Shown one piece after another: positions 1-11,192 of a stretch of DNA of 64,000 nt; positions within the stretch are counted from its first letter, which is position 1, and every line of letters starts with the position of its first letter. The notes below the pieces were generated by a model that saw only the letters and a list, made by a program, of their open reading frames with translations, made no database searches and was not told the DNA's origin. Origin of the DNA: Callorhinchus milii (Eukaryota); NCBI RefSeq assembly GCF_018977255.1, contig NW_024704742.1:106766001-106830000 (forward strand), given 5' to 3'. A program made the translations under genes and the position numbers.

Positions 1-429
1 TTCAATAATTGGATAAAAATATCAACAGTTTAGTGCATCGAGGCTATTCAGGTTACTAAAGTGCGATGGTTTATTTCTGAGAAGGATATACTAACAGATG
101 ATGTGTGCATCTATACTTTTGATTCCATATAACCAATGATATTTGGATGGGTAAGTTAAATATCACCTCCAAGTATGGAGGGGGTCAAACGCCTCATTAA
201 GCATAATCAAGTTTTCCAAAGAATTTTCCGGATAAGCATGGTATCCCGAACAAGCATTTCACTTTAGAACGTGCCAAGGAGAAAACTGAAAGAGATGTGG
301 GGCATTAGTCAATTCATCGCTCACTTTGTCAAAACAGAGTGAGGCAGCAATAAACATGGTGATCAGAATACTAGATTGCAAAACCAGTTGAATATGGGTC
401 CATAATCATATAATATTCTGGTCATATCA

Positions 430-780
430 CACATAGAATCATAGAATTATACAGCACAGAAGGAGGCCATTCAGTCCATCGTGTCTGTGCCAGCTCTCTG
501 AAAAGAGCTATAGAATTAATCCCACTCTCCCGCGCTCTCCCCACAGCCCTATAAAAGTGTCCTCCCCAAATATCTATCTACTTCTCTCTTGAAAGTTGTT
601 ATTAAATCGGTATCCATCGCTCTTTCAGGCAATACATTCCAGATCCGAACAACTCGCTGTGTGAAAAAATTTCTCCTCACCTCCCCTATGGTTTCTTTTT
701 AACAACTATTTTAAATCGGTGCCCTTGGGTTATCGACCCACCTGCCAATGGAAGTAGTTTCTCCTTGTGTACTGCATACA
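430..780 (-). mobile_element. CR1-clade LINE 3' end
   Basis: atagaatcatagaa...acagcacagaaggaggccattcag is the reverse complement of a CR1/HER1-type 3' tail, followed by reversed ORF2 C-terminal sequence. Confidence 0.75.
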
Positions 781-829
781 GCTCTGTTATACAAATGTAA
801 TGGTGTTGTTAGTCATTGCAACACAAGGG

Positions 830-1220
830 GGTTGTAGAGGCAGTGCAAAGGACAGCAACAAAGATGATCTCCAATGTCAGAGCAACGATAAGTAAATTAG
901 GATTCCAGTCTTGAGAGAAGACAATTCCAAGGGGATCTCATTGAGGTGCACACATTTTTAAATGGGACTGAAACAGAAAACCCATATCAATACTTTAGAA
1001 AGCACCAAGACAATAGAACAAGAGGGGACAGGTTTAAAGTTGTAAAGGGCAATTTCAGGTCAGATACCAGGAAATTTTTCTTTAGTCGGGGGGGGGGGGG
1101 GGGATAAATCAACAATTGGAACAGGTTGCCAGGAAAAGTGGACACATTTAAAAAGCAGTTTGATGCTGTGATGAGGGGCTCATAATTTATTCTAGTGTAA
1201 AGTAACCTGATGATGGGTCT
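830..1220 (+). mobile_element. CR1-clade LINE 3' fragment
   Basis: Decayed LERR..GDLIEV..ILNG...RTRG..FK...FF...WNRLP ORF2 C-terminus; related copies at about 14450-14800 and 49180-49400. Confidence 0.7.
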
Positions 1221-1729
1221 GTTTCAGCAAAAGTTGTTGCAAATGATTTGTAGTGGTGTGTTTATCTCTGAGTGTCAAAGCAACTGAGATTTAAAAATCA
1301 AAATTGTAAGGAAAGCTAAAGGAAGTTGGGTTTGTTTTCCTTAGAAAAAAAAGAATGCAAAGTGATTGGACAGAAGTTTTCAAAATTATAAATAGGATTG
1401 ACTAATATTAGAACAATAATTTTGCACTTATAACACCTTTTATGTAGGAAGAACATCTCAAATAATTTTTTTTCAAAGATTGAGTAGGAGCCTGAGGTTA
1501 GCGGGAGATGGGGGATGTGTGGCTGGAGGTTCAGCCAACGAGATGAGACGTTTTTTTGACAACCAATGACTCTATATCAAATACAAGAACTTTTTTCAAA
1601 TGAAGCAGATGATCAAGCCCGCAACATATTATTTTCAAAATATAGTAGCCTAAATTACTTTGTGATTCTAAAATATCAGAAACTAAACTTTTGTTGTAGT
1701 TCATAAGTCCATGATAAGGTAAAGCAATA

Positions 1730-2475
1730 AAGCAAATGGGTTGCTTTCACTTATTACAATTAGGCTGGAAAATAAAAAATAAAGAGATACTTGTCCACGT
1801 ATACAATGCTTGTTAGACCTCATTTGGAGTATTGTGTTCAGTTTTGGCCACATAATCTTCAGAAGGATACACAGTACTAGCTTGGTTCACAAGACTAACA
1901 ATACCTGAGCTGGGGTAATCCTGCCACTGTATAAGTCATTGGTGAGTTCATACTTAAGAGAACTGTGTACAGTACAAAAAAGGATATTGACAAATTCGAG
2001 AAGATACAGAAGACGGCAACCAAAATGATTGACTGGACTGGACTATTAGGAGCGACTAAGTATATTGGGTTTGTTCACGCTGGAAAAGAGAAGATTGAGA
2101 GGCGACATGATTGCTGTCTTTAAGATTCTAAAGGAGCAAAACAATATACATCACGACAGACTGTTTCAACTTGTCCAGAACAGCAAAACCAGAGGACACG
2201 GCCTGCGGTTGAAGGGGAAGAAATTCAGAACATATCTACGCAAACACTATTTCAGTGAGCGAACAGTGAACCTGTGGAACAGGCTCCCTAGAGAGATGGT
2301 TGAAGCAGGAAGTGTTGATTCTTTCAAACACAGATTAAATAGTTTTTTCTTAGGAATAACATTATGGGATATAGTATATAGGTAGTTTGGAACATAGGTG
2401 CATGCGACCGCCAGGAAGGTGGAAGGCAAACTAGACGGACTTTGGTCTTTTTTCGTCTCGCATTTCTTACGAACT
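1730..2475 (+). mobile_element. CR1-clade LINE ORF2 C-terminal fragments
   Basis: ORF 2065-2385 GLFTLEKRRLRGDMIAVFKILK...TRGHGLRL...YFSERTVNLWNRLP...SFKHRL is the canonical CR1 ORF2 end; RPHLEYCVQFW motif near 1815. Confidence 0.9.
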
Positions 2476-2719
2476 GAAGGGACTTGCTTATAGCTGTGAT
2501 ACGAGGCTGAATTAGACTGGGGTTATATTCCTCAAGAGTAAAAGAAGTTCATGGGGGGGGGGGATTTGATTGAGGCATTTAAAATATTGAAAGGAAGCGA
2601 CAGATTAGATAGTAGTCATAAAAGACATCGCAGTTATCTACTTTCGAGGATAGTTCGATGCCGGGTGGAAAACAATCATAGAAAGAGGCAGAAAATTTGA
2701 ATTTCAGAAAGATCCAGAG

Positions 2720-4500
2720 ATAAAGAGGGACTCCGAGCGAGACGAGAGGGGGAGAGAAAGATGTCGACTGAATCTACCCGGGTTTACTTGTGTCAAAGTT
2801 AACCCCCACCCTTTCCCTACTTGTCGACACCAAAAATAGACGCCGAAACAAAAACGAGAGAGAGAGGGGATAAAAAAAGGCCAGGACTTTTTATATTTTG
2901 TGGATAAATTTAGAAAAGATGGTTACGGTCTTCAGTGAAGGGAGGAGTGTCACCGATCTGATTTCAATGGGGAGGGGGTGTGTGGGGGTGTGTGTGTGGG
3001 GGGTGGAAGCACATCTGCAGCCACGAATGAAGTCAGGTCCCAGTGAAACCCTTTACTGCTGACACAGAATTACACACTCACCGCACATCGTATTCGCACA
3101 CGAGCACAGCAGCGCCGACCAACAGACGCAAAACGGCGTCCTGAGACCACCGCCATGCGACTGCTGAGGATGCCATCCCCCCCCCTCCCCCCACTCTCTC
3201 CCTCCCCCCCCCACCCCCTCTCTCCCTCCCCCCACCCCCACCCCGAATAATACCTCACAACACAGTGCGTGTAGCTGCCACCCCCCGAACAGGCCGTGGC
3301 AGACACAAGCCCCACGCGGTGACGGTGACGGGGGGGGGGTTTGCACGATAGCATCGCCGCCCGCCCGCCCGCCTTCAGCGCATGAACGGCGGCTCCACGG
3401 CGGGAGGGGGTCCCCTTCCGCCAACGATTAAACCGCCGTCAAGGCACGACGAGCACCTCCATGCATTGCTGTTAAAGAGACCAGCAGTCGGCTGGTTTTT
3501 TTTCCCCCCCTTTCCCCGTCCCCTACCCCGCCGCGCGGCTGAGAAAAGGGTGGGGGGGTGTTTAATGGGAGGACGCAACGACAGTCTACCATATGTGTGT
3601 GTGTGTTTGACCAGTAACAGCCGCTGACCCCCGCGCCGCACGCGCGCTGACCGTTTACCTGCCTCGCTCGAGCTCCCCTCGCCCCCAACCAACCAACCAA
3701 CCGCCGCCTCGCGAGACCCGCTCCGGCCAGCTCCGCCCTCAGCCTCACTCTGGCTCGGCAACGGCTTCGCCTCACTCACGTGGGGTGAGGGGGGGGGGGG
3801 CGTCAGTCGACGGCTGTTCGTGGGACGTTGCCGCGCGCTCTGCGGCCGTTGCCTTTCGCCCACGAAACATGCAGTCACTACACTTTACAATATCCCCTGT
3901 ACAAAGCGCTCTGAGACGTCTGGACGACGTGATGAGGCGTTCTTATCAAGTGTGAGGATTGTGTCTGGTATTACGGGGAGCGCTGTCGGATTGAGACGCG
4001 TTGCCGGGGCCGGGGCCGGGCGGGGCGGTGGGGGGGGTTTCTGCGGGCGTCAGATATCCAACCGACCAACCCCAGCGCAACTCAGCCGCGGGCATCGGGA
4101 ATCTCGCCGCCAGAAGGCAACCAAACAGAAGCAGAAAAGCGGCTCCCGGAAACCCTGCAAACCAAAGCCCTGAACCCATAGGGAGGTCCTGACGACGCGC
4201 CGCGGGAACGCTTTTGCTGCGCGGCAACATCAGTGGCGAAGCTACGTGGCTCTGAGCTGGTTAGACTCCGGCCAAAACCGGTTACACACGCTCAGGGGGT
4301 CCCCCGAGTCTTGGCTCTGGCCAACCTGCGCCTAACACTTTGCGGAATTAGGTAAGCAGGATGCGTCCCTCCAGGGAGAGAGTGCGCTTCCCGTTCCAGC
4401 AATGTATCCCTGGGATTTCTGCGTGGAGGTGGGATGCGTGGAAATCTCAACTTGGTTTGGACGCGTTTTGGATGGGTTTCCGCATGTGTCTTGACACCCG
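2720..4500. promoter_or_regulatory. CpG island, probable bidirectional promoter (leftward gene likely PPIP5K2 by synteny; rightward the GIN1 relic)
   Basis: Abrupt GC- and CpG-rich block in CpG-depleted AT-rich DNA. GC boxes (e.g. 4022-4028), CACGTG 3777-3782, cCTCGCGAGA 3707-3716, and minus-strand GTGAGT donors at 3779 and 3080. The gene identity is inferred from synteny only. Confidence 0.85.
3808..3961 (+). mobile_element. SINE 3' fragment embedded in the CpG island
   Basis: gtgggacgttgc..gcccacgaaacatgcagtcactacactttaca..aagcgctctgagacgtc..cgtgatgaggcg..atcaagtgtgaggatt aligns to the SINE tail at 27975-28120. Confidence 0.75.
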
Positions 4501-4515
4501 TCTGACTGATTTTTG
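4255..4515 (+). repeat. Unclassified ~300-bp interspersed repeat (family C)
   Basis: Core ggaattaggtaagcagg..tccctccagggagagagtgc..ttccag..tggtttgga..gggtttccgcatgtgtc..gacacccgtctgac. Further copies at about 6960-7210(+), 16630-16895(-), 18300-18480(+), 22745-22960(+), 23182-23320(+), 45185-45385(-) and 53415-53625(-). Confidence 0.8.
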
Positions 4516-5299
4516 TTAATATAAAAAGCAACGGTCATATAGCGGAAGGAATCCGTTGTGATTATAAAAAGAGACGGTCATGTTTGTGGCAAGGAATGTG
4601 CTTCAATACAACAAAGGTAAACCATATGTGATCATGTTAGAGTCTGTAATATTCGGTTTGACTCAACAATAGTAATTGTTGTTCATTTCTAATCAATTTC
4701 AATTTGTAAATTGATTCAGGGCATTTTTGTACATCACTAGTTAAGTGATTCAGAGATTGATGGAAATTAAGTTACAGTAGATGAGAATAAATAAAAGCGT
4801 TATGTAAAATTTGCATTTTACATAACACTTTATTAGCTTCTCAAAACAATTCACAGAATGAATACTGTAATATACTGTATAGACTCAACGTGTAAACTCA
4901 GTGTGAGTCTACTTAATTACCCAAATCCACAAAAAGGCTTCCTGCATTTAATTACTAAAGAGATTGGAGGGTTTTAGATGGGTTTAATTTTATTGTTGAA
5001 CCTGAAACTAATTTCATTGTTGAACATGAACATTTGCCTATTCGTAGCAGTTGCTACAATTTACATTACCTGTAAAGCACTTTGAGAAATTAATGCCTTT
5101 ATGGTAAGGCAAATGCAAAGATTATTATTTTGTTAAACTTCGAGGGAAAAAGAGAATTTACATTTAAGATGCTATCACCTATAAACACCATGTGTCCAGC
5201 AGATGGAGCTATTGATGAAGATAAACACCTCATATCTTACACAAGATTAATGTAACTGGAAAATAGCAATGAGACTTTGCTATTTGTAGGTCAACTTAT

Positions 5300-6922
5300 A
5301 GTGACCTCTTCAATGCTTTCAACAATATTTTGAGTGTAAACAACCAGTAACTGAAAAAATAGTCAAACTGAGCATAAATTGGACATTGACTGCCCAGAGT
5401 GCTTTGAGCTCACATAGTTTGGCCACGTTGGCAGCAATAAAGCAAACATTTTAAAATATAAACTTCACAACTTACACAAGGAAGGGAATTGAGGGGAATG
5501 GGAGGCTAGGGAAGGGGATCAGGAAGGGTATCGGCTCATTTGGAGTATAAACATTAGCACAGATTATTTGAGCAGAACAGTCTGTTTTCATACTTTAGAT
5601 TCTACATAATATTTTTAACTATTTAACTAAGAACCCAATTCCAGATAAAAGACACTAGCATTGATCCTCCATTCAAGTCCAATTTGTTTTTTATTTTGTT
5701 TTGTTTTGACTTTATTTTATGGAAAACATGTGAAGTGCTTTGAAACATCTCCCTGATGTGAAAGGTACTATAATAATAATAATAATCCTTGCATTTGATA
5801 TAGCGCTTTTCACGTCGGGAGGACGTCCCAAAGCGCTTCACAGAACACACTGTAAAGTGAATTCACTATATATTTCAGATGGAAGGATTATTGTATTTTT
5901 CAGTCAGGCTGAAAACATGATGCAATATGGTAAAGAGTTCAGATGGGAGACTTACAGGTTTGTTTGCATCCCATATGGATAAAATTGGGTTTCTGGCTGT
6001 TATCTTCATTAAATACATCTAATGTTTCTTAAACCACTTAAAATTGGTTTATTAATGGATTAGTTTGAGTTACAATCATTTTTCCATTAATATTTCCTTA
6101 ATGTAGAAAATAGTTCAGTCAATCACTTTCTTCTTTCTGTGTGGAAATTGAAAAATATTGGAAGCCAAGGTGTTTAAGATGAAGTCATAGAAACATTATC
6201 AAAGAATAAATTATGCCAAGAATAAATACCAAGCTGCTGCTACACTTGCCAAATATCAAATTCATGAGTTTCACAGTGCTACTTAAGTTTGCCCTTCAGC
6301 AGTTAATATAAACATATATTTACCAACACATGGTGAATTCAGCTTCTGTCTATTGCAGTCAAAATAATTTATGAAAAAATAATCACTGAATATCGCCCAC
6401 AGAGACATATTACTGCCATTTTCAGTGTACAACATCAGGTATGATTTGATTCTTTGCGAATGGCTTCAGCACTTTCTTCAAAATCCTATTAATATTTATT
6501 TTCCTGTGAAAATATTCATCAATATGTTTTTGTCCAGGATCTGAACAATGCAGCTACTGGTGTAAAATAATCTTGACAGTTTAGATCTAGTTTGTCCTCA
6601 CGACCTTGCTATAGTACTGTTCATATTGATCTCTCTACAGTGCCTTCAGCAATATTTTGAGTGTAAACAAATGGTAATTGAAAAAATAAAGCACAAATTT
6701 GACATCGACTGCACAAAGTTCTTTGAACTCAAATAGTTTGGCAGCAATAAAGCATATTTTCAAATATAAACTTCACAACGTACACAAGGGTAAAGGGAAT
6801 AGAGGGAAATGGGAGGCGAGGGAAGGGGATTAGGGAAGGTATAGGCTCAGGATTAAAAAAACAACTATTTGGGCTGAATGGTCTGTTTCTAGGGTGTAGA
6901 TTCTATAATAAATCTTTGTAAT
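5300..6922 (+). repeat. Diverged local direct duplication (about 5300-5620 vs 6628-6922)
   Basis: Shared caatattttgagtgtaaacaa..ggcagcaataaagca..aaatataaacttcacaac.tacacaagg..gggaaggggat..tagattcta. Confidence 0.85.
6232..6540 (+). pseudogene. GIN1: Degenerate GIN1-like segment (HHCC CxxC and start of integrase core)
   Basis: CYTCQISN...TNTW*I...YEKIITE, then with frameshifts LCE.ASALSSKS.INIYFPVKIFIN..FVQ. Remembered human GIN1: CQHCQVAKN...ENPWSL...YAIIMTD...LCDVSASEVSKAIINIFF..PQKIIMD..FIQ. Confidence 0.55.
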
Positions 6923-7797
6923 TACAGACCTCAACGGAAAAGAAAAACGAAACCAAGTTGGATGGTTTTAGTTAGTTGAACTCCAGCAGTACCCCCATGC
7001 ACATACACACAAGCTTCTCTAAATCTTGGCTCTTGCCAACCCGCACCTAAACTCTTAGGAATTTAGGTAAGCAGAGTGCTACCCTCAGGACAAGGTATGC
7101 ACATCAGACAAATAGAAAACATACATATGTGTAGCTCTTAGGTTTGGTTTGGAGACTCTTAAGTATGGTGATGGGTTTACATGTGTGCTACACACCCAGT
7201 TGATCAAAATAAAGTTGACAACATGACTTAGATACAGCATTATATACAGTATTCTAAATGTGTCAACATGTTTTTTTCCGAAGTGGTTTATTCAATCCAG
7301 GGTACAAAACGATGGAAAGCTCAGTCATGATTTATTTTGTTCTGTTTTTTTCACTGCTATGATTCCTATGGCATGTATGCTTTATACTTGTAAAAATGAG
7401 GGTAAGGCCTTTTTCCATGCCTTTACCCAAATCCTGCTATTGACTGGTTGTTATTCCCAATGTTTAGCTTTCTTTCCATTATTATTTTTATACTGAGAAC
7501 ATTTGCGTTATATAACTGAACCTGTTATGTAAGAAAATGTATGTTAACTCTAGAGCTGCCCAACAAGATAATTTGTTTCAATGTCAAGTGCTTGAAATCC
7601 TTGGTATCAGTCCAAACAAATTTGTTTGACCCAATCATTCAAATCAACCTCCTGTTCTGACTCTTTGTTGACTGAAACATCAGCCTTTGAAACCAATGTT
7701 CAAACACTAACTTTTGCTCATTCAGCAGAAGCATATGTTTATGGCATCAACACTAAATGCTGAAGAAAGCAAGTGTAACCTAACTATAGAATACAGA

Positions 7798-10186
7798 TAA
7801 TTATCCTTGCATTTGATATAGTACCTTTATCATGTCATTGAGACAATGCCTCAACCTGTTTCTGTATACTGTAAAGTGATATGACTGTGTGTTTTGTAGG
7901 TGAACACGTCAGCTAATTTGCACAGCAATGTCCCACAAACTATAATAATCCTTGCATTTGATATAGCGCCTTATCACGTCTTCTAGACGTCTCAAAGCAC
8001 TTCACAGAATATACTGTAAAATGAATTGACTGTATTGCTATACCCTCCCCATCTCCCCCTCCTTCCCCAGCCCCTAACCATCCCTCCCTCCACACCTTCG
8101 AACCTGTCTCCCACTCCTCTCTCACCACCACTATAACCTGTATGAAACCGGCCACCTGCTCCCTCGACCCCATCCCTATCCCTCTCCTTTCCTCCCAGCT
8201 CCACATCCTTGCCCCTCTATTCACAGACATCGTAAACCCTTCCCGGTCCACTGGTACAGTTCTCATCCCATTAAAAACAGCTGTCATCACTCCTATCCTC
8301 AAAAACCCCCCCTGACCCATCTATGCTCCATCTCCAACCTCCCTTTCCTCTCCAAGGTCCTTAGTCCCTTCCTTTTCAATATCTATATGCTCCCTCTTAG
8401 TGACATTATCCGCAGACATGGAGTCAATTTCCACTTGCATGTGGATTACAACCAACTATACCTGTCTACCTCCACCCTTGACTCCGGGATCACTGCTGTG
8501 CTGACAGAATGTCTTACACAAGATTAATATAACTGGAAAATGTCTGTCAGACATCAAGTCCTGGATGAGAGCCAACTTTCTTCAGCTGAACGTCAACAAG
8601 ACCAAGACCCTCCTGATTGGCTCCTGTCGACGCCTCCACACCTCAGGCACTGACAGCATCACCATCCAAGGATGCACACTGCATCTCACTGAGCCAGTCC
8701 AGAACCTGGAGTGTGCATCCGTGGATGGTGATGCTATCACTCTCAACTGTACTTTCTACCCTACATCCGTGCCATGACCCGCTCTGCCTTTCCCCACCTC
8801 CGCTATATCATCCGGCTCTGCCACTGTCTCACACCACAGGCCACCGAGACCCTCATACACGCATTCATAACATCCAGGCTTGACTACGCAAACTCCCTAC
8901 TTGTCGGCTTCCATAGGCTGCAGATCATCCAGAACTCTGCAGCCTGTGTCCTCACCCCCATTCTCGCCTGACTCCATTGGCTTCCCATCAAACAGAGGAT
9001 ACAATTCAAGATCCTGGTCCTCATCTTCAAAGCCATCCAATGCTTCCCCCTACGTCTGTGACCTCCTAACCCCATACCAACCTGCCCCGTCCCTCCACTC
9101 AGTGGGCTCTGTCCTGCTTCCCGTACCTCTCCTCGCCCTTCCCACCATTGGCGGGTGGGCCTTCTGCCACTCTGACTCCACCCTCTGGAACTCCATCCTT
9201 CAGTTCCCCTGCCTCGCCCCCTCCCTTGCCTCCTTCAAGACCCATGTCAAGACCCTCCTCTTCAACCGTGCCTTCGATCACACTTCTTCCCCTCTGCCCT
9301 CCACCCTTCCACCCTCCTTGATCGTGATCCCCAGCTCGGGTCCGAAACATTAATTGTGTAGCGTCTTGTGACGTCCTCCCGACATGAAAGACGCTATACA
9401 AAGGTAATTTTGTTGTTGTTTATTTTGTGGGCGAAACACAGCAACCAATTATGCAAGCAGTGTCCCACAAACAGTCGTTGATTGAGTGGCACAATTATTA
9501 TGATTTTTTTGAAGGGATTATTATCCCAGGAAAAGCAATCCAGCAATCAACTAACAACCGGGTTTCTACTTACTGCTGGGGACACTGAAGCATGTGGAGT
9601 AAGGAAACTTGCCTAATCAAACACAGGTCTTCTCACTTGAGAGGCGAGTGCTCTTAATTACTACAAGACTCCACTATGGAGTGAGCGACCATATTTTTAT
9701 TGGGAGGGTTACTGGTCAAAACACTGGGAGAAACTCCTTTCCTTTTTCGAATAGTGCCATGGGATCTTTAACTTCCACCTGGACAGAAACATAGAAACAG
9801 GAATGGCAGGAGGAGGCTCATGTGGAGCATAAGCACCGGCATAGATCAGTTGGGTCGAATGGCATGTTTCTGCGCTGTATATTCTACATTATATCTAGGA
9901 GTAGGCCATTCAGCCCCTCGAGCCTGTTCAGCCATTCTATAAGATCATGGTTGATCTGTACCTCAACTCCAATTACCCACCCTTGTCTGTAACCCTTGAT
10001 ACCCTAACCTAACAAATATCTATCCACCTCAGTCCTGATAGGCAGACAAAACCTTGGTTTAACATCTTATCCGAAGGGTGGCACCTCCAACAATGCAACT
10101 CACCCCCTGCACTGCATTGGAGTGTCGGCACAAACTGTACGGGTTCTAAGTCCCAACATGGGTCTTGGACTCACAACCTTCTGAGA
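7798..10186 (-). mobile_element. DeuSINE/SacSINE1-like SINE fragmented by younger insertions
   Basis: Tail 7798-7940, core (ttcgaatagtgccatgggatc) 9673-9787 and tRNA-like head 10040-10186 are colinear with the intact copy at 26985-27390. Confidence 0.75.
8037..9420 (+). mobile_element. L2-clade LINE fragment with 3' end, inserted in a SINE
   Basis: ANFLQLNVNKTK..ETLIHAFITSRLDYANSLL..LHWLPIKQRIQFKIL motifs, L2 tail gcgtct..acgctatacaaa..(TTG)n, tatt TSD. Confidence 0.9.
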
Positions 10187-10343
10187 TAAATAGCGTAAAA
10201 ACAAAGCAAATATGCAAGGAACATGATAGAGTCAAGGTCGTTTTTAGAATTTTTTAAATATTACCTTAATATTAGTTATACATCCACTCAATATGTCAAT
10301 AATATGATTCATAGAATATGTGGTAACTCATCTGCATCACAAG

Positions 10344-10529
10344 GTGTAAACTGAAATGTTTAAAAAATTTAGACAGGATGGGTCCAGGGAATACAGAATT
10401 TGCTGAAGCTGTCTGCGACATAAAATAATATTAGTAATTGTAGGGCTACACTGTGAGACTAGCCAACACTACACCAACATGTTAACTGATCATCTATGCC
10501 CTATTATCTATCTCTTCAAATATTGGCAT
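10344..10529 (+). pseudogene. GIN1: Degenerate GIN1-like exon (integrase core, second half)
   Basis: After caag|: V*TEMFKKFR (GIN1 INIELYRLFG)...AEAVCDIK*...HC...DHLCPIIYLF (GIN1 NTIK...HCADHPNNWDDHLSAVSFAF). Confidence 0.6.
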
Positions 10530-10719
10530 TCTTCCAAACAGCTGTTTTCCTAGAATTGCACACATATATTCCCACAGTTAGAGACCCACCATCATGTAAA
10601 TGAGTTTCCTTGATAGGCAGCTCATTAAAACATGCAAATGAATATTAAGTTCTTGTGAAAACATTAAAAAGAGCAATGCACAGAATAATTTATCTTGCAA
10701 ATATGTTATGGTTCACTGT

Positions 10720-11192
10720 GAATCCCACAAATTGTTGTTTTGAACATTGAATCTGCTTGATTGTATGCTGAACCAGAATCTTTATGTTACTGAATGTATT
10801 TAATGTTGCTGAAGTGGATGTCAATTAAGAATAAACATCAAAACGTTTCTTTATAAGTAGGATTAATTGAATAAAATGAAAAATATGCTTCTTTGGGAAA
10901 TTAAGCTCTTCAAACAGAATTTAAAGGGTTACCATCTGCATTGTACAAACTTGTTAGAAGTGGTTTTACAGGAAGCTGTCGATTGTATTAAATTGTTTTT
11001 CTTTGAAGGTCATCTTTCAATTATATCTCCATACTGTAATGACTTGGTTCATTAACCATTCAGTTAATTCATGTGAAGGTTGAGCAAAGTTTTATCTAAA
11101 TGTTTCCAATTGGTAATTTCTTTAGTTGTGTTTTTTTTTAGTCCAAGTGGGATAAGAAATATTTTAAACAATAAATACCTGTAAAACTTCAT
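10720..11192 (+). pseudogene. GIN1: Degenerate GIN1-like segment (post-core region and C-terminal module)
   Basis: MLNQNLYVTECI/NVAEVDVN at 10765 (GIN1 MFSRNPYMPETSDSLHEVDGDN); D*LNKMK at 10861 (DELNKSK); WDKKYFKQ*IPVKLH at 11148 (RDNTGVRLKRPIKMSH, in register). Confidence 0.62.

Noticed and set aside
2065..2385. 106-aa ORF as a host gene
   Set aside because: It is the CR1 ORF2 C-terminus.
3053..4230. Overlapping 60-167 aa ORFs in the GC-rich block, including MTACFVGE as a possible PPIP5K2 start
   Set aside because: These are low-complexity ORFs expected in stop-poor CpG islands. MTACFVGE lies in an antisense SINE fragment and lacks PPIP5K2 motifs.
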